A stretch of DNA of 64,000 bases, taken from positions 36,828,001 through 36,892,000 of the forward strand of contig OX597830.1 of assembly GCA_951406725.2 (NCBI GenBank). The letters run 5' to 3'. Below, piece after piece: positions 1 through 12,712 of this stretch; position 1 is the stretch's first letter; each line of letters begins with the position of its first letter. Below the pieces are notes generated by a model. It had not been told where the DNA came from. It was given only the letters and a program-made list of their open reading frames with translations, and made no database searches. Source of the stretch: Octopus vulgaris. Its lineage: Eukaryota. Made by a program: the position numbers and the translations under genes.

Positions 1-215
1 GAAATACATGTCACGATAATGTATGCATGTTTGTATTCATATATACAACCCTTCCCCCCACATACACACATGCATATATATATATATATATGTATGTATA
101 TGTGTGTTTATGTATATACGTATTTGAGTGTGTGCGCCTGTGCATGTGTATTATATGTGTATAGATGGATGCATATACGCTTCAAGTTAATTTTTAGATT
201 CAGGTGGCTACTCGA

Positions 216-400
<185 letters not shown>

Positions 401-1295
401 AATATGTGTCTATCCATGCATATAAATATATACACGTTTATATTGCTCGATGGCCTTTGATGAGAATAACATGGAACATATGCAAGATACTGTTACATAA
501 TCATTATATTCATGACGTGTCTGAACCATATATTGTTGAAACGACCGTAATGAAAGAATAAATGTAATATTAACACTGTAACGTTTATCTATTTACGTTG
601 CTTTGAATTACCTATCATCTTGTAGCTTCAATATTTTAATGATACCAGTTGCGTATGGAGGTCGATCAAATCGACTGGCCTCCTCCCCCAAAATTTTGAT
701 GATGTGATTGTTTATTTTAAGAATGATATTATATGTTTGAGTGGTACGTGTGATAGGGTGGATCTGGCCGGTTTGACCATAAAACTGATTGAATATTTGG
801 GTTTGATATCGCCGGTTTAAAATTGTTAAAGGTTAAATGGGACCCACACTCAGAAAGTGAAGGGAAATAACTAATTATTGTAAGTTTTGTTTTCGATTTT
901 ATAGTTCCCATATTTACCATTTACTGCCAAAATGTTACTGATTTTTAACACTAGTACATGGTCAAGATATTTTAAACTCTGACGACTGGTATTTAATGAT
1001 GAACAAGCAAAAATCGAAAAGATGAACAAGCAAAGTCGAGAAGGAAGAGAGAAAACTTTAATGCATTTTATCCTGACAATTCTCTGCTCTCTAACCTAAA
1101 TACTGATATCTTGTTTAGTTTAATGCCTGAGCAATTTCGTTTGGAAGGAATGGAATGAAATTGTATGGCGTTCGTGCCTTTTCCAAAGATAATAGATGTG
1201 TCTTTGAAAGGATTCAAACAGAGAGAGAGTAATTCGTGGAATCGACCCAAGAGACGTTATATATTGGTCATAGGCGTTCGCCATTTCAAAGAAAA

Positions 1296-1665
1296 TGTGG
1301 TTGTGTAGTAAGAGGATTGCTTCCTAACCACATGGTTCCGGGTTCAGTCCCACTGCGTGGCACTTTAGTCAAGTATTTTCTATTACAGTCTCGGGCTGAC
1401 CAAAGCTTTGTGAGTGGGTTTGGTAGACAGAAACTGTAAGAAGCCCGTGTGTGTGTTTGTGTGAGTCTTTGTGTTAATGTTGTTCTCCCACCACTTCTTG
1501 TCAACCGGTGTTGGTGTGTTTACGGTCCCCGTAAGGTAGCGGTTCGACAAAAAGAAATCGACAGAATAGGAACCAGCCTTATACTGGGGTCGATTCATTG
1601 GGTTAAAATTTCTTCAAACCTGCGCCCCTGTATGACCACAGTCTAATGACTTAAACAAGTAAAAA
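1296..1665 (+). mobile_element. tRNA-derived SINE, family A (CORE-like), decayed full-length copy
   Basis: Head ...aaccacatggttccgggttcagtcccactgcgtggcac, body gtgagtgggtttggtagacagaaactg, tail cagtctaatgacttaaacaagtaaaa; matches the copy at 56675. Confidence 0.85.
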
Positions 1666-1809
1666 AAAATATATAAAAATATGATACAAAAATATTAGAC
1701 CTCTGAATGGTGGCTCAACTTTCTAGAAATACCATCCAAAGTCCCTCAAATCATATTCTATTGTCTTAAGCAAAGTAAAGCAAACTGGATAAAGTAGTCG
1801 AATATAATA

Positions 1810-2420
1810 ATCTTTTCTATAATAGGGATTAGGCCTGACATTTTGGGGAAGTGGGCTAGACAATGTCATCAACCCAGAAAGAATGAAAGTTAACCCCGGA
1901 AGAATATGAATTCAGAATGTAAAGACGAACGGAATATCGCTTTGCATTTTGTCTGGCGCGCTAACGATTCTGCCTGTTCGCTATATCAGTAATACTAATA
2001 ACCCTTTCTCCAAAAAACATAGGGCCCAGAAATTTTTGGAGAGGGGACTAATCGATTGCATTGACCCGAGTGTCAAACAGGTTTTTATTTCATTGACCGC
2101 GAAAGGAGGAAAAGGAAAGTCGAAATCGGCAGTGTTTGAACACAGAACATAAATACGGACGAAATACCACTATGTATTTTGTCCGGCGTGTTAATGATTT
2201 TGCTAGTTCGCCGCTTTTATCACACTCAATAATCTTTTCTAATATAGGCATAGGGTCTGAAATTTCGTGGATGGGGCTAGTCTATTACATCGATCCCACT
2301 TATTTCATCGACCCTGAAAGGATGAAAGGCAAAGCCGTCCTCTGTGGTATATGAACCCAGGACGTAAAGACGGACGAAATGCCACTGTCTGGCTTGATAA
2401 AGATTCTACCAGCTCGTTAT
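1810..2420 (-). mobile_element. Three tandem decayed SINE family B (Nin/Deu-domain-like) copies
   Basis: Three repeats of gaaaggatgaaaggcaaagtcgac...gaactcagaacgtaaagacggacgaaat-like sequence (about 1810-1985, 2005-2215, 2235-2420). Confidence 0.75.
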
Positions 2421-2817
2421 GAACGAATATAAATATAACAATAAGTTTGAAACGCCTTTATTTATAGGTCAGCTGAATCAGGGAGGACCTGAGGTTAAAC
2501 ACCACTAATGGTATCATGGTTGAATAATTCTTTCTCAAACGGCTTGAAAACAAAATGAAAAAAGTAAAGAAAGAAAGAAACGCATTGAGTTTAGCTATTC
2601 TAACTGTATCACAACATAAAGAACTAAATAGATATCATATCTAATAAATGCGATAACAAGAGATAAAATATGAACAAGAGATAAAAATAATATCACTGAT
2701 AATCTGCTATTATCTCAGAAAAATAAATAATTTCTGTTTGCCGAGTATTGGTTTCTTAAACCTCGGTAGCACGTTTGGAATCTTCTCTGCAAGCTTAAAA
2801 GGTAATTTTACACATAA

Positions 2818-2909
<92 letters not shown>

Positions 2910-4531
2910 TTTGAATTATCATGTGAAATCAAATGATGCAAATTAAAAAAAAAGAGAAACAAAGAAAAATGTCTTCCATCTTTCTCACCAATAATATTAT
3001 TGAATTGAAAAGTATTTCTTGTCTCAAGCTAATATTTGCCGATGATATTAAATATGAAATGATCATCGAGCTATTCAAAAATGTTTTAATAATGTAAAGA
3101 CACTCCAATTATACGTGGGTGTTCCAGCTATAGAATTTCAATTTTCATAATTTTAATTCAAAAACCAATCCGAAGATAATTACTTTTGACAAGGTAGCAT
3201 GTTATTACAAGATTGAATATTATTCCGGTTTTGTTTAACCACGTCTTCCGCAGATTAGACAAATACTACGTGAATTGAAGTCAATTAGAAATCATACACA
3301 ATTGATCTTCAACACTATTAGACAAACGGAATATAAAGAAACATTCATTCATTACTTTCCATTAATGTATAAAACTCATTCAGAATTTCATATAAAGCAG
3401 CATTCTCTGTACATAAAAAATTGGGAAAGAAAAAAATTGAAATGTTCACGTAGCACAGAAATATTAACATTTTGTTCGACATCTATATTGTGAAATAATT
3501 ATGTGTCTAGACTCGCAATTGAAATAGGTTAAATATCAAAGAATTCTGAGGAGCAAATTTAATAGAGAAACAGAGACCAGAGCAAATTAAACTGCAAAAA
3601 AGAAAAAAAATCTCCTAAAGTTCACTTTGTTCCTTTGTTACTATATTTCATTTTGTTTAAATCTTCTCCGTCAAGATCGTGGCCAACTATTTGTTTCTTT
3701 TATGTAACACAGAACCGACGTAGTATTATGAAGTAACCGATTGTAAACAAGCATCACCTAATGAAATTTCAAAGGCATTATCCGGTTGCATAAGCTTATG
3801 ATACTGTATCATTAAAAAACGACATATCAGATAATATAATCCGGTTGGCTACATGCGTGAAAAAGTCATAGTTTCATTGCCTTGAGTTATAAATTTGATG
3901 AAGGCTGCCGACTAATGACTGAAACAAGTGTATGGTAAGAGAGAAAACAATAGATAAACAGCAAATGTTGTCGTTTAGCCTAAGGCCACATCATAAAGAA
4001 TAGATTTATGATCAAATGTATTCCTACCGTGACTATCATGTCATTGTACAGATATGAAGGACAAAAATGATCTAATGTAACATTTTCTTATTAAGACAAT
4101 AATCTGAACTTTTATGGGAAATTTAACTATTACATTTCCAGGTTAAGTCATAATATTGATAATCCGCGGTGATAGTTTTCTTATCGCGGTTGAAAAATGT
4201 AAATACATGAAAATAATTATATAGACATATATATATATAAATACATACACACATATATGAGTGTGGTATGGTGGTAGTGGTGTATGTGTGTGTGTGTGTG
4301 TGTTTGTATGTGTATACATACATATACATATATATCTATACAAAACTTTATTTACATAAACACGAACATTGACATGCTAAAATATAAACACATAATCCAT
4401 ATATATGTATGTATGCATGTATGTATGTATTGCATGTATGCATATTTATGTATATATGTAGACATTATGAACGTAGGAGTTTTTGTGACCAGCGATGTAT
4501 AACAATATCTGATAGCGTGGTCGATATTGTG

Positions 4532-4586
<55 letters not shown>

Positions 4587-4934
4587 AATGTCGAACAATG
4601 AGAATGAGTGCACAATACCGCATAAGTGAATAAAATTTCTCTAAGTTTGTATTAAGGTTACCATGGGTTTCATGTAAGAAAAATATCTTAATATCTTAAC
4701 AATTTTTAAAGCCGATCCAAAACAGAAACGAACGCTATTCCTCCATGTGATCAACTTGAAAAATTGTTAAGATATTAAGATATTTTTCGTAACATGGAAC
4801 CAATGGTAACTTTAATACACAAATATATATGGATGAGTATGGATGACTAAATTACAACAGGTATATAGCCCATGGCCTGTATTATAGTGCATTGTTGTAC
4901 CAAAACTTTTTATTCTTTACAAATATATATATCG

Positions 4935-4977
<43 letters not shown>

Positions 4978-4996
4978 TACACATATATATATGTAT

Positions 4997-5577
4997 GTAA
5001 ATAAATGGAGTTAAACGCAGATGTTATTCACATTTTTTTACTTTCGACATTGGCAACTCAGAACTCTTTCCATATTCTCTTTTCTAAGAATCACCTTTTT
5101 AACACACTTATAGAGCGATCTTACAAATGTAAGCACTGGCAGAAACATACATTTAGCTCATATAAGTGATTTATACCAGTCTGTATAGTTTGAACATTTA
5201 GTTTACCTTGCACTTTACTTCAATAGAGAAATCTACTTCCAAGTCTTTGAACATTTTTTCAACCAATATATCTCTCTTTATTTGTTGTCTACTTATTATT
5301 TCTTTGCCCCTTCTCTTCCTATGATCTGCCTTTGACGTCAGATATACTAACGGTTATTTTAAAAATACTTAATAGCGTTCTGTTTATCATTTTTGCAGTC
5401 ATCAAAATAGTTATAATGTCTTATTGTTGAGATAGGTTATTCTTTCTTTCCTGATGAGAAGATTACATTATTTTACACCGTTTATTCCTTTGGAATAAAA
5501 CCAATGTGGTCTTCGAAACATATGTCGAAAGTAAAAGAATTTGAATACCACATGCGTTCAACTCCATTTATTTACTT
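4997..5577 (+). mobile_element. Penelope-like non-autonomous unit with inverted terminal segment and hammerhead
   Basis: 4997-5050 is the reverse complement of about 5523-5575; contains the hammerhead at 5446-5531; homologous block at 34482-34691. Confidence 0.6.
5446..5531 (+). ncRNA. Type I hammerhead ribozyme
   Basis: ctttc-CTGATGA-gaagattacatt...aatgtggtcttc-GAAAC-ATAT-GTC-gaaag: stem I ctttc/gaaag, 12-bp stem II, palindromic stem III ACATATGT, GUC triplet. Confidence 0.8.
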
Positions 5578-5732
5578 ATACTATACAAATTACTGCACAT
5601 TAACCCGGAGTTTCTACCTTTGAATAGGTCGCTACATCCTTGTTACTTGCGTGAATTTTACTACCCTGGTAATGTTTATTGAATTTTCCGTGTTAACTGT
5701 AAACGAAGGATAATTCATTCATCTTTTTACAT

Positions 5733-5839
<107 letters not shown>

Positions 5840-6277
5840 CACATGTACATATAACTGCTTGTATCCGCCAATTCATTCCTGTTTGTATGTTTAAAAAAAC
5901 GAAAGGAGAGATTGGTCGTAAAATATCTAGTGCCTTTATATATTTTATGAACATTTTCTACTGTTTTCTGGTTTTCCTTATGCATTCTGCGTCCTACCAA
6001 ATTGCGGATTCCAACCAAATGAATACGAGTCCTCTTCAGGGGTTCCGTTCAAAACATACTGAAATACACTCGTGGTTTTGAATACTAGTTATTTGTCGTG
6101 CAATTTAAAATTGACATCGCACTCAACGTGTCGTGTGCGGGAGTTTTGACTTCGGCATCGGTGTGAGGCACCGGGTAAATCTTGAGTTGCAGTGAGAGGG
6201 GTTGAGCCATTTCCAGAGCTGCTTTGCCGCATGATTCCACACTGATTCCTGCATTCGGCATATGTGTGTATTGGTAG

Positions 6278-6428
6278 ATGAGGGCAGCTGCATCGAACTC
6301 TCTCATGCACCAAATGGCAGTTGCTAAAAAGCATTCGTGAAGTAAAATCATGTAGCAACACCAAATGGCGGTGCCCCAGCATGGCCACAGCCCGTGAGCT
6401 GAAACTAGATAAAATAAAATAAAAATAA
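6278..6428 (+). mobile_element. 3' end of CR1-like LINE (end of ORF2 plus 3' UTR tail)
   Basis: Translates MRAAASNSLMHQM, continuing the C-terminus seen at 21455-21680 (..QMPAAAS), then ggcggtgccccagcatggccacagc..gctgaaactaga(taaaa)n. Confidence 0.65.
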
Positions 6429-6755
6429 ATAGTTACATACATACCTGTAATATCAATAAATATATACATACACACACATACATTTCCATGCATGTATATT
6501 TATAAACATATACACACATGCACGCAAGCATGTACACACACATTCGCACGCGCGCACACAGGCACACAGACACATATACACATGATTTTGTATATATGAA
6601 TACAAAAATGCATGTATTTCTGAGCACAAGTTGCCTTAGTGAAAAGCATAACCACAAGATTATTCAATATAGAGAGCGGTCTAAACTTTTGTCGCATTAA
6701 ATGCATACACAAAAATCAAACTATCAATGTGTGTATTGATGTATACATATCTATA

Positions 6756-6813
<58 letters not shown>

Positions 6814-7446
6814 CATATACATTAATACATGTATTTATACATATATACACGCATATTTTAAAAGATGAATTGCGCAATAGTCTTCAGGATGGTTTAAACA
6901 AAACAATTATATAACACAGTATTATATATTTTTGTTATTAAAAATGTGATCGAGTATCGTTCATTACTTTTTCTTGGGTATCAGGAGCGTATGCAGAAAT
7001 GAGCAATAGCTTCTCTTTGAAATTGTGACAAAGAAACAGCTTCATCTCATTTTTAGATATTTCCTTTGTGTTAAAAATCTCATAGGCATTTCTCCTCTCA
7101 GCAGATATTAATTTTTTCTTCGAAACAGTGGAAATGTTTTTTTGCAAACGAGCATAAAAAGTTGTAGATTTTATGAATAAATACAATTTTTGCTTACGCA
7201 ATCAGAAACCAATTTCCCTGAATTCCGTTTTGTTTTCATTTCCAAAGCACACAAGAGAACAGGAAAAAGAAGAAAAATCCCCAATAACTCTGTATGGGAT
7301 TTAAAAAAAAAGGAATTGTTTTAAAATTTCAAATGTTGTAAAAAAATATTGGTATAGGCATAGCTGTGAGGTTAAGAATCTCGTTTCGTAATCATGCTGT
7401 TTCGAGTTCAATCCCGTTGTGAGGCACCTTAATAAAAAGTTTTTGT

Positions 7447-7692
7447 CTCGAGTCATGCAGACTCATAAGGGTGGATTTCCCGGTTTCCATGGCGTATATG
7501 CAGCCTCCCCGCCACCAGGAGAGGGCGCCGGTCTGTCGCAGGGTTAATAATTTTTGCCAGCTGAGTGGAACGAAACAACGTGAAATGAAGTGTTTTTGCT
7601 CAAGAACGCCACGCATCGCCCGGTACAGGAATCGTAACCGCAATCTTATGATAATGATTCCAACAGCCTTACCACTAAGCCACGCGTCTCCA
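7447..7692 (-). mobile_element. tRNA-derived SINE family D
   Basis: Matches 40142-40392 (aacaacgtgaaatgaagtgttttgctcaagaac...cactaagccacgcg). Confidence 0.8.
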
Positions 7693-7813
7693 CATGTGGT
7701 ACACTTTGAGCAAATATCATCTATTGCAGCCCGACCCGACCAATGCTTTGAAAGTGAATTTGGTAGACGGAAATTCTGTGAAAGCCTATGAAATACATAG
7801 ATGCAGATACATA

Positions 7814-9108
7814 CGAAGAGGTACCCAAAAGTAAACAGAAACATTCTCTGTGGCACAAGTGCATTGTAGTTCGGGTTTCCACCGCTAGAAGCCACTTGAT
7901 GCGACCCTCAGGCACCAGTCCGCCGACCAGCGTTGTCAACGATAATCATATTGCAACGTGATGCGTCTTTGCTTTGCAGTGCTTCTCCCCTGTTCGCCGA
8001 TTTTTGCGATGGCTGAAATAAAGGAACAGCGTACTTCTGTGAAATTCAGTTTTCTGCTGGGGAAAATTGCGGCCGAAACAGTTGCCATGCTTCAAACATC
8101 CTAAAAGGTCGCTGCCATAAGCAAAACACAAGTTTACGAGTGGTTTTCACGCTTTAGGAATGGTCACTGGACGCTTGAAGACCAACCTCGTTCTGGGTGG
8201 CCCACGACCTCCAGAACAAATGAAAGCATCACGAAAATTCATGAAATAATCATAGAGGACCATCGCCGAGCAATTGACGAACTTGTTGATATGATTGATG
8301 TGTCCTGGAGCTCCTGCCAACGAATTTTGAGCGAGGAATTTCGAATGAAATGAGTTGCAGCAAAATTTGTGCCTCGCTTCCTTACGGAAGATCAAAAGCA
8401 GTCACGACTGAATGCGTGTCGTGATCTGAAAGAACAGTTTTAAGTTGATCCGAACATTTTTTTCGAAGGTCATCACTGATGACAAAAACTGGTGCTATGG
8501 CTACGACCCGGAAATGAAACAGTTATCAAGTCAATGAAAGCATTCAATGTCATCACGCCCACCATAAGTGTATCAAGTGAAGCCCAATGTCAAAACGATG
8601 CTGATTTGTTTTAGCGATGCGAAAGGAATTGTCCATACAGTATTTGTTCCTCCTGGTCAAACTGTTAACCAGACATTTTACTTGGCATTTCAGAAGCGTT
8701 TGCAAGTCACGGCGAGGCGAAAACGCCCCCAGCAGTGGTAAAGTGGTGAGTGGTGGTTTCATCATGACAATGCACCTTTGCACACCGCCTTCAGCGTGAG
8801 GTAGTTTTTGACCAAAAATGGTGTGACCCCGTTTACACACACCTCCTATTCTTTCGATCTTGCTCCCTATAACTACTTTTGTTCCCCGAATGAAAACGTT
8901 TTGTAGATGTGGAAGTGGTGAAGAAAAAAACAAAAGACGGAGGCGTTAAAAGGCATCACGTCGCAAGAGTTCTAGGACTGCTTCTAACAGTGGACCGATA
9001 CATTGCTTCAAATGGAGAATACTTTGAAGGCGATAAAAGTCTAAACATGTAAAGCTAAGCGAATAAAATAATATTGCAAAATTCCGGTTTCTTTTGGGTA
9101 GCTCCACG
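7814..9108 (+). mobile_element. Full-length decayed mariner transposon (about 1.3 kb)
   Basis: TA-flanked imperfect TIRs (cgaagaggtacccaaaagtaaacagaa / ttccggtttcttttgggtagctccacg); broken transposase from ATG at about 8009 (MAEIKEQR.., KFVPR, ITDDKNWCYGYDPE, HHDNA, SFDLAPYN). Confidence 0.9.
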
Positions 9109-9916
9109 TATGTACGTATATACATGCATACATGCATGCATACATACATACATACACACATACATACACACATACATACATACATACATACATACATACA
9201 TACACACACATACATACATATGTACATGTGTACATATGTGTGCGTGTGTCTTTGCATTTGTGTTTCCCCACTGTTCGCCTGGCATGAAGGGTTGGTTTGT
9301 TTACGCCTCCGTAACTTAACAGTTTGTCTGAGGAATACAATAGCATAAGTACCAGACATAAAAAAGTACTGGGGTCGATTTGTTCGATTAAATCCTACGA
9401 GATGGCGCCCCAGCATGGCCGCAGTCCAATGATTGAAACAAAGAAAAGATAAAAAAACAAACTATTGTGCATTTTGTTAAACAAAGCTATATTTCCGCAT
9501 AAAAATATAATTAACAACAGATATTTTAAAAAGATTCAAGAACCAACATGAATTTTAAAAATCTACTTGTATATTGGCACCGTTTGAAACAGTTCTTAAA
9601 GCAGTCTTAAATTATACCCTAATATCTATAAAAGCAACAACAAAATGACAATGCTGTTCTTAATTTAGTCCCTGATACCAAAAGCCCCCCCCCCCCACCA
9701 AATGCGCGGTTGGCCACGACAGAAACAGAAATAAGGTTGGATTAAATGAACAAAAAGAAAAAAAAGACAGATGACTTTATTGAACACAGAAACTGCTTCT
9801 TCCAACACGTTCGCAGACTTACCCAACTGTAAGGAATCCTTACTGTGATTATTGTAGATGAATAAAGTAGTTTAATAAAACAATTCCAGAGGAGCGATAT
9901 AAAGGTTTATTTGCTT

Positions 9917-10132
9917 CGAGAAAGTATTGAAAAGTTCCTGGCTTTAAAGGTAACGTGAGAGGCATAGTTGGAGGCTCAACCTTCCGAGTTCTTTTACAGG
10001 GCTTAGAAAAACTAAAAGACAGCTGCAATAAATGTGTGAATCTGAGAGGGGAATATAATGAATAAAATCAAGAACTGATCCTCCTTTATTTTCTTTTACC
10101 CAGAACCAGGAACTTTTCAAAACCCCGTCGTA
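9917..10132 (+). mobile_element. Mariner-derived MITE
   Basis: TIRs tgaaaagttcctgg / ccaggaacttttca..cgta; retains transposase C-terminus (GLEKLKDSCNKCVNLRGEY); second copy at 58698. Confidence 0.8.
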
Positions 10133-10185
10133 GTCTCCAGAGTTTTGTTCTTTGTAAAGATATGAAAAGGATAGTGTTGGAATAT

Positions 10186-10528
10186 TCTGAGATCCCCTTC
10201 GGCCACGACACAGACCATGGGATTGCACCTAGAAAGTTACCCTCCCAGGCCCAAGTCCGGGCAAGGTTGTTTATGGAAGACCAGCAGTCGCCCATGCATA
10301 CCGGCCTCCCCTCTCCACGCCACCAGTGTTATCCAAGGGAAAGGCAAAGGGGCCGATACAGCTTGGCACCCGTGACGTCGCAACTCATTTCTACAGCTGA
10401 GTGAACTGGAGCAACGTGAAATAAAGGGTCTTGCTCAAGAATACAACACGCAGCCCGGTTCGGGATTCCAGCTCACAACCTCACGATCGTAAGCTCGATG
10501 CTCTAACCACTGAGCCATGTGCCTTCAC
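10186..10528 (-). mobile_element. tRNA-derived SINE family E with 13-bp TSD
   Basis: Minus-strand head gtgaaggcacatggctcagtggttagagc with A/B-box-like motifs; TSD agtgttggaatat at 10173-10185 and 10529-10541. Confidence 0.85.
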
Positions 10529-11158
10529 AGTGTTGGAATATGGGCAGTAGATATTTACTTGCTTCTAGCCCAATCGACATCAATTTTTTTCTTTTCTCGT
10601 TAGCCAGAAAGGGCAACACTTGAAACAATAGTTTCTACTCTTGTTATAAAAAATGAACTTATCGAACTTAAATATTGAACTATATTGTTGGCTACAAGTT
10701 GTTTCAATTACCATCATAAAATTTCTTCGAATTCTGATGTTTACTTTGGAATGTTTAATTCTCATACAAGAATAAATAAGAAGAGTGAACAAGAATAATA
10801 TAAACAGATCTCAATTTAAGCTGTCTAATCTCGTAAGACTGTGTCGGTCTGTTGTCCCATTTCCATGCTTAATCATTTGTGAATTGCGGTTTTGTTTTGT
10901 TGACAGTTAAATATCATGATATATATGTGGACAGATTGTCATGCCGATTATTGATTTATTTTTTAAACAACCATATACATACACACACACAGCCCATATA
11001 CTAACACACGTACACATACACACGCATACACAACACATACTTACACACATACACACCACATACTTGCACACATACACTCACGTATAAACAACTCATACAC
11101 TCACACACATACATAATTCGTACACTCACAAACACATGCACGTGCACACATATACATA

Positions 11159-11223
<65 letters not shown>

Positions 11224-11449
11224 AATAAATATATATATATATATATATAGTATATATACATAGTATACTTGTGTTAACCAATGAAGAAAACTAAACTTAA
11301 TAATGCATTCAATAGTGTATATGTATATATGATCAGTCAAAACCGTCTGTTTTTCAGCGACGTTTCATGAAAGGAGATTCAACGACCAGTCTCTGGTGAC
11401 AACATTACTGATTGGGTGATACTAATGTCGTCTATCACAGCTCAAATAT

Positions 11450-11905
11450 TCCACGAGGGCGAAGATACTGTCAGCCCTGCTAGAGGTTCCTTCGGAAAAG
11501 TTAAGAGCTATTCCACAGGGGTCGGTATCATCTGCGCCAGGACAATGCATCAACCCACAATATTATCCTGGGTAACTAACTTCTTGAGAAAAATGGGCAT
11601 CAAAATTATCCCTCACTCTACCTGCAGTCTGGACCTTGCGCCCTGTGATTTTTGGTTGTTTCCCAAGCTGGAAAAGAAACTTGATGGCAGTTGTTTTGAA
11701 GATATTGAGAAGATAAAAGGGGACTGTGACAAGGACTCTGGACCTTTTCACTTTGGAGGACTTCCACAGGATCTTCATAAAGTAGCTGGGGCACTACAAC
11801 AAGTGTATTCAAGTCAGAGGATGTTACTTTGAAGGAGATTAGAGTTTTGTAATTAATAAATGTCTCACGAAAAGAAGTCTCAAAAGTTCTGGAATGTACT
11901 TTGTA
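11450..11905 (+). mobile_element. Mariner 3' fragment (pseudogene plus right TIR)
   Basis: QDNA and IIPHSTCSLDLAPCDFWLFPKL motifs; TIR-like aagtctcaaaagttctggaatgtactttgta. Confidence 0.85.
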
Positions 11906-11961
11906 TTTTCTAGCTTAAAGAGAATATAAGAAGTGTTGTCAAATTTAGTGATGCGCTAGGT

Positions 11962-12243
11962 CAGGGTTTCTCAACGATTTTTTTTTTATCTATGGACCGA
12001 CCTCTCTGGTCACTAGTTTATTCTGGTGGACCTCTATTTGATGTTTAAAAACTAGTTTTATAGAAACTTCTATAAAAATTCCTATTTTGCTTTTCTCACA
12101 TTAACTTGTGTAGGTTGAACTATGTAACATGTTAGAGAAAGAAACCTTGTTGTTTTTTGCAATACTTACCAATACATACGTCTAAAGCAAAATATTTTCA
12201 GGGACCCTAAAAATATTGTAGATCCCCAGGTTGAGAACCACTG
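11962..12243. mobile_element. hAT (Charlie-like) MITE
   Basis: TIRs cagggtttctcaac / gttgagaaccactg; flanks cgctaggt / ctctagac resemble the NTCTAGAN 8-bp target. Confidence 0.75.
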
Positions 12244-12400
12244 CTCTAGACCTTGCCATATTTAGGGACACACAGGGAAAGTGGGTAACTTTTAAATGCG
12301 TTAAAAGTTGATTAGTTGACAAGTAATCAAATAACCTTTGAAAGGTGTTTGTGCAAAGCGTTATGACATTTCAGAATTAACAGAATCTACTGAGTACTAC

Positions 12401-12702
12401 GCGGAAGCATATAGCCTGGACTCGCGGTCGAGGGATCGCAGGTTCGAACCTCAGACCGGGCGATGTATTTGTTTATGAGCAAAAACACCTAAGCTCCACG
12501 CGACTCCGGCAGAAGATAATGGCGAACTTCTGCTGACTCTTTCGCCACGACTTTCTCTCATTCTTTCCTCCTGCATCTTGCAACTCACCTGTGACAGATC
12601 GGCATCATGTGCAGGTGGGGAAACCTTTATGACACTGAAAACGGGAAACCGGCCCTTATGAGCCAGGCATGGCTCGAATGGAACAAACAACAAAGAATAA
12701 CA
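12401..12702 (+). mobile_element. tRNA-derived SINE family C with 10-bp TSD
   Basis: ggactcgcggtcgagggatcgcaggttcgaacc head, (aaac)n tail, TSD tgagtactac on both sides; matches 39465 copy. Confidence 0.85.
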
Positions 12703-12712
12703 TTGAGTACTA

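Larger units (their letters stand above)
7355..9455 (+). mobile_element. SINE family A copy split by a nested SINE and a mariner
   Basis: Head 7355-7440, middle 7695-7810, 3' half 9240-9455 ending ccccagcatggccgcagtccaatgattgaaacaaag. Confidence 0.7.

Noticed and set aside
3546-3580. CTGAGGA..GAAAC hammerhead-like words
   Set aside because: No stem II pairing and no NUH triplet
6938-7201. 87-aa ORF with ISAYAP (APE-like) motif
   Set aside because: Single short motif, stop immediately upstream, no other LINE or gene evidence
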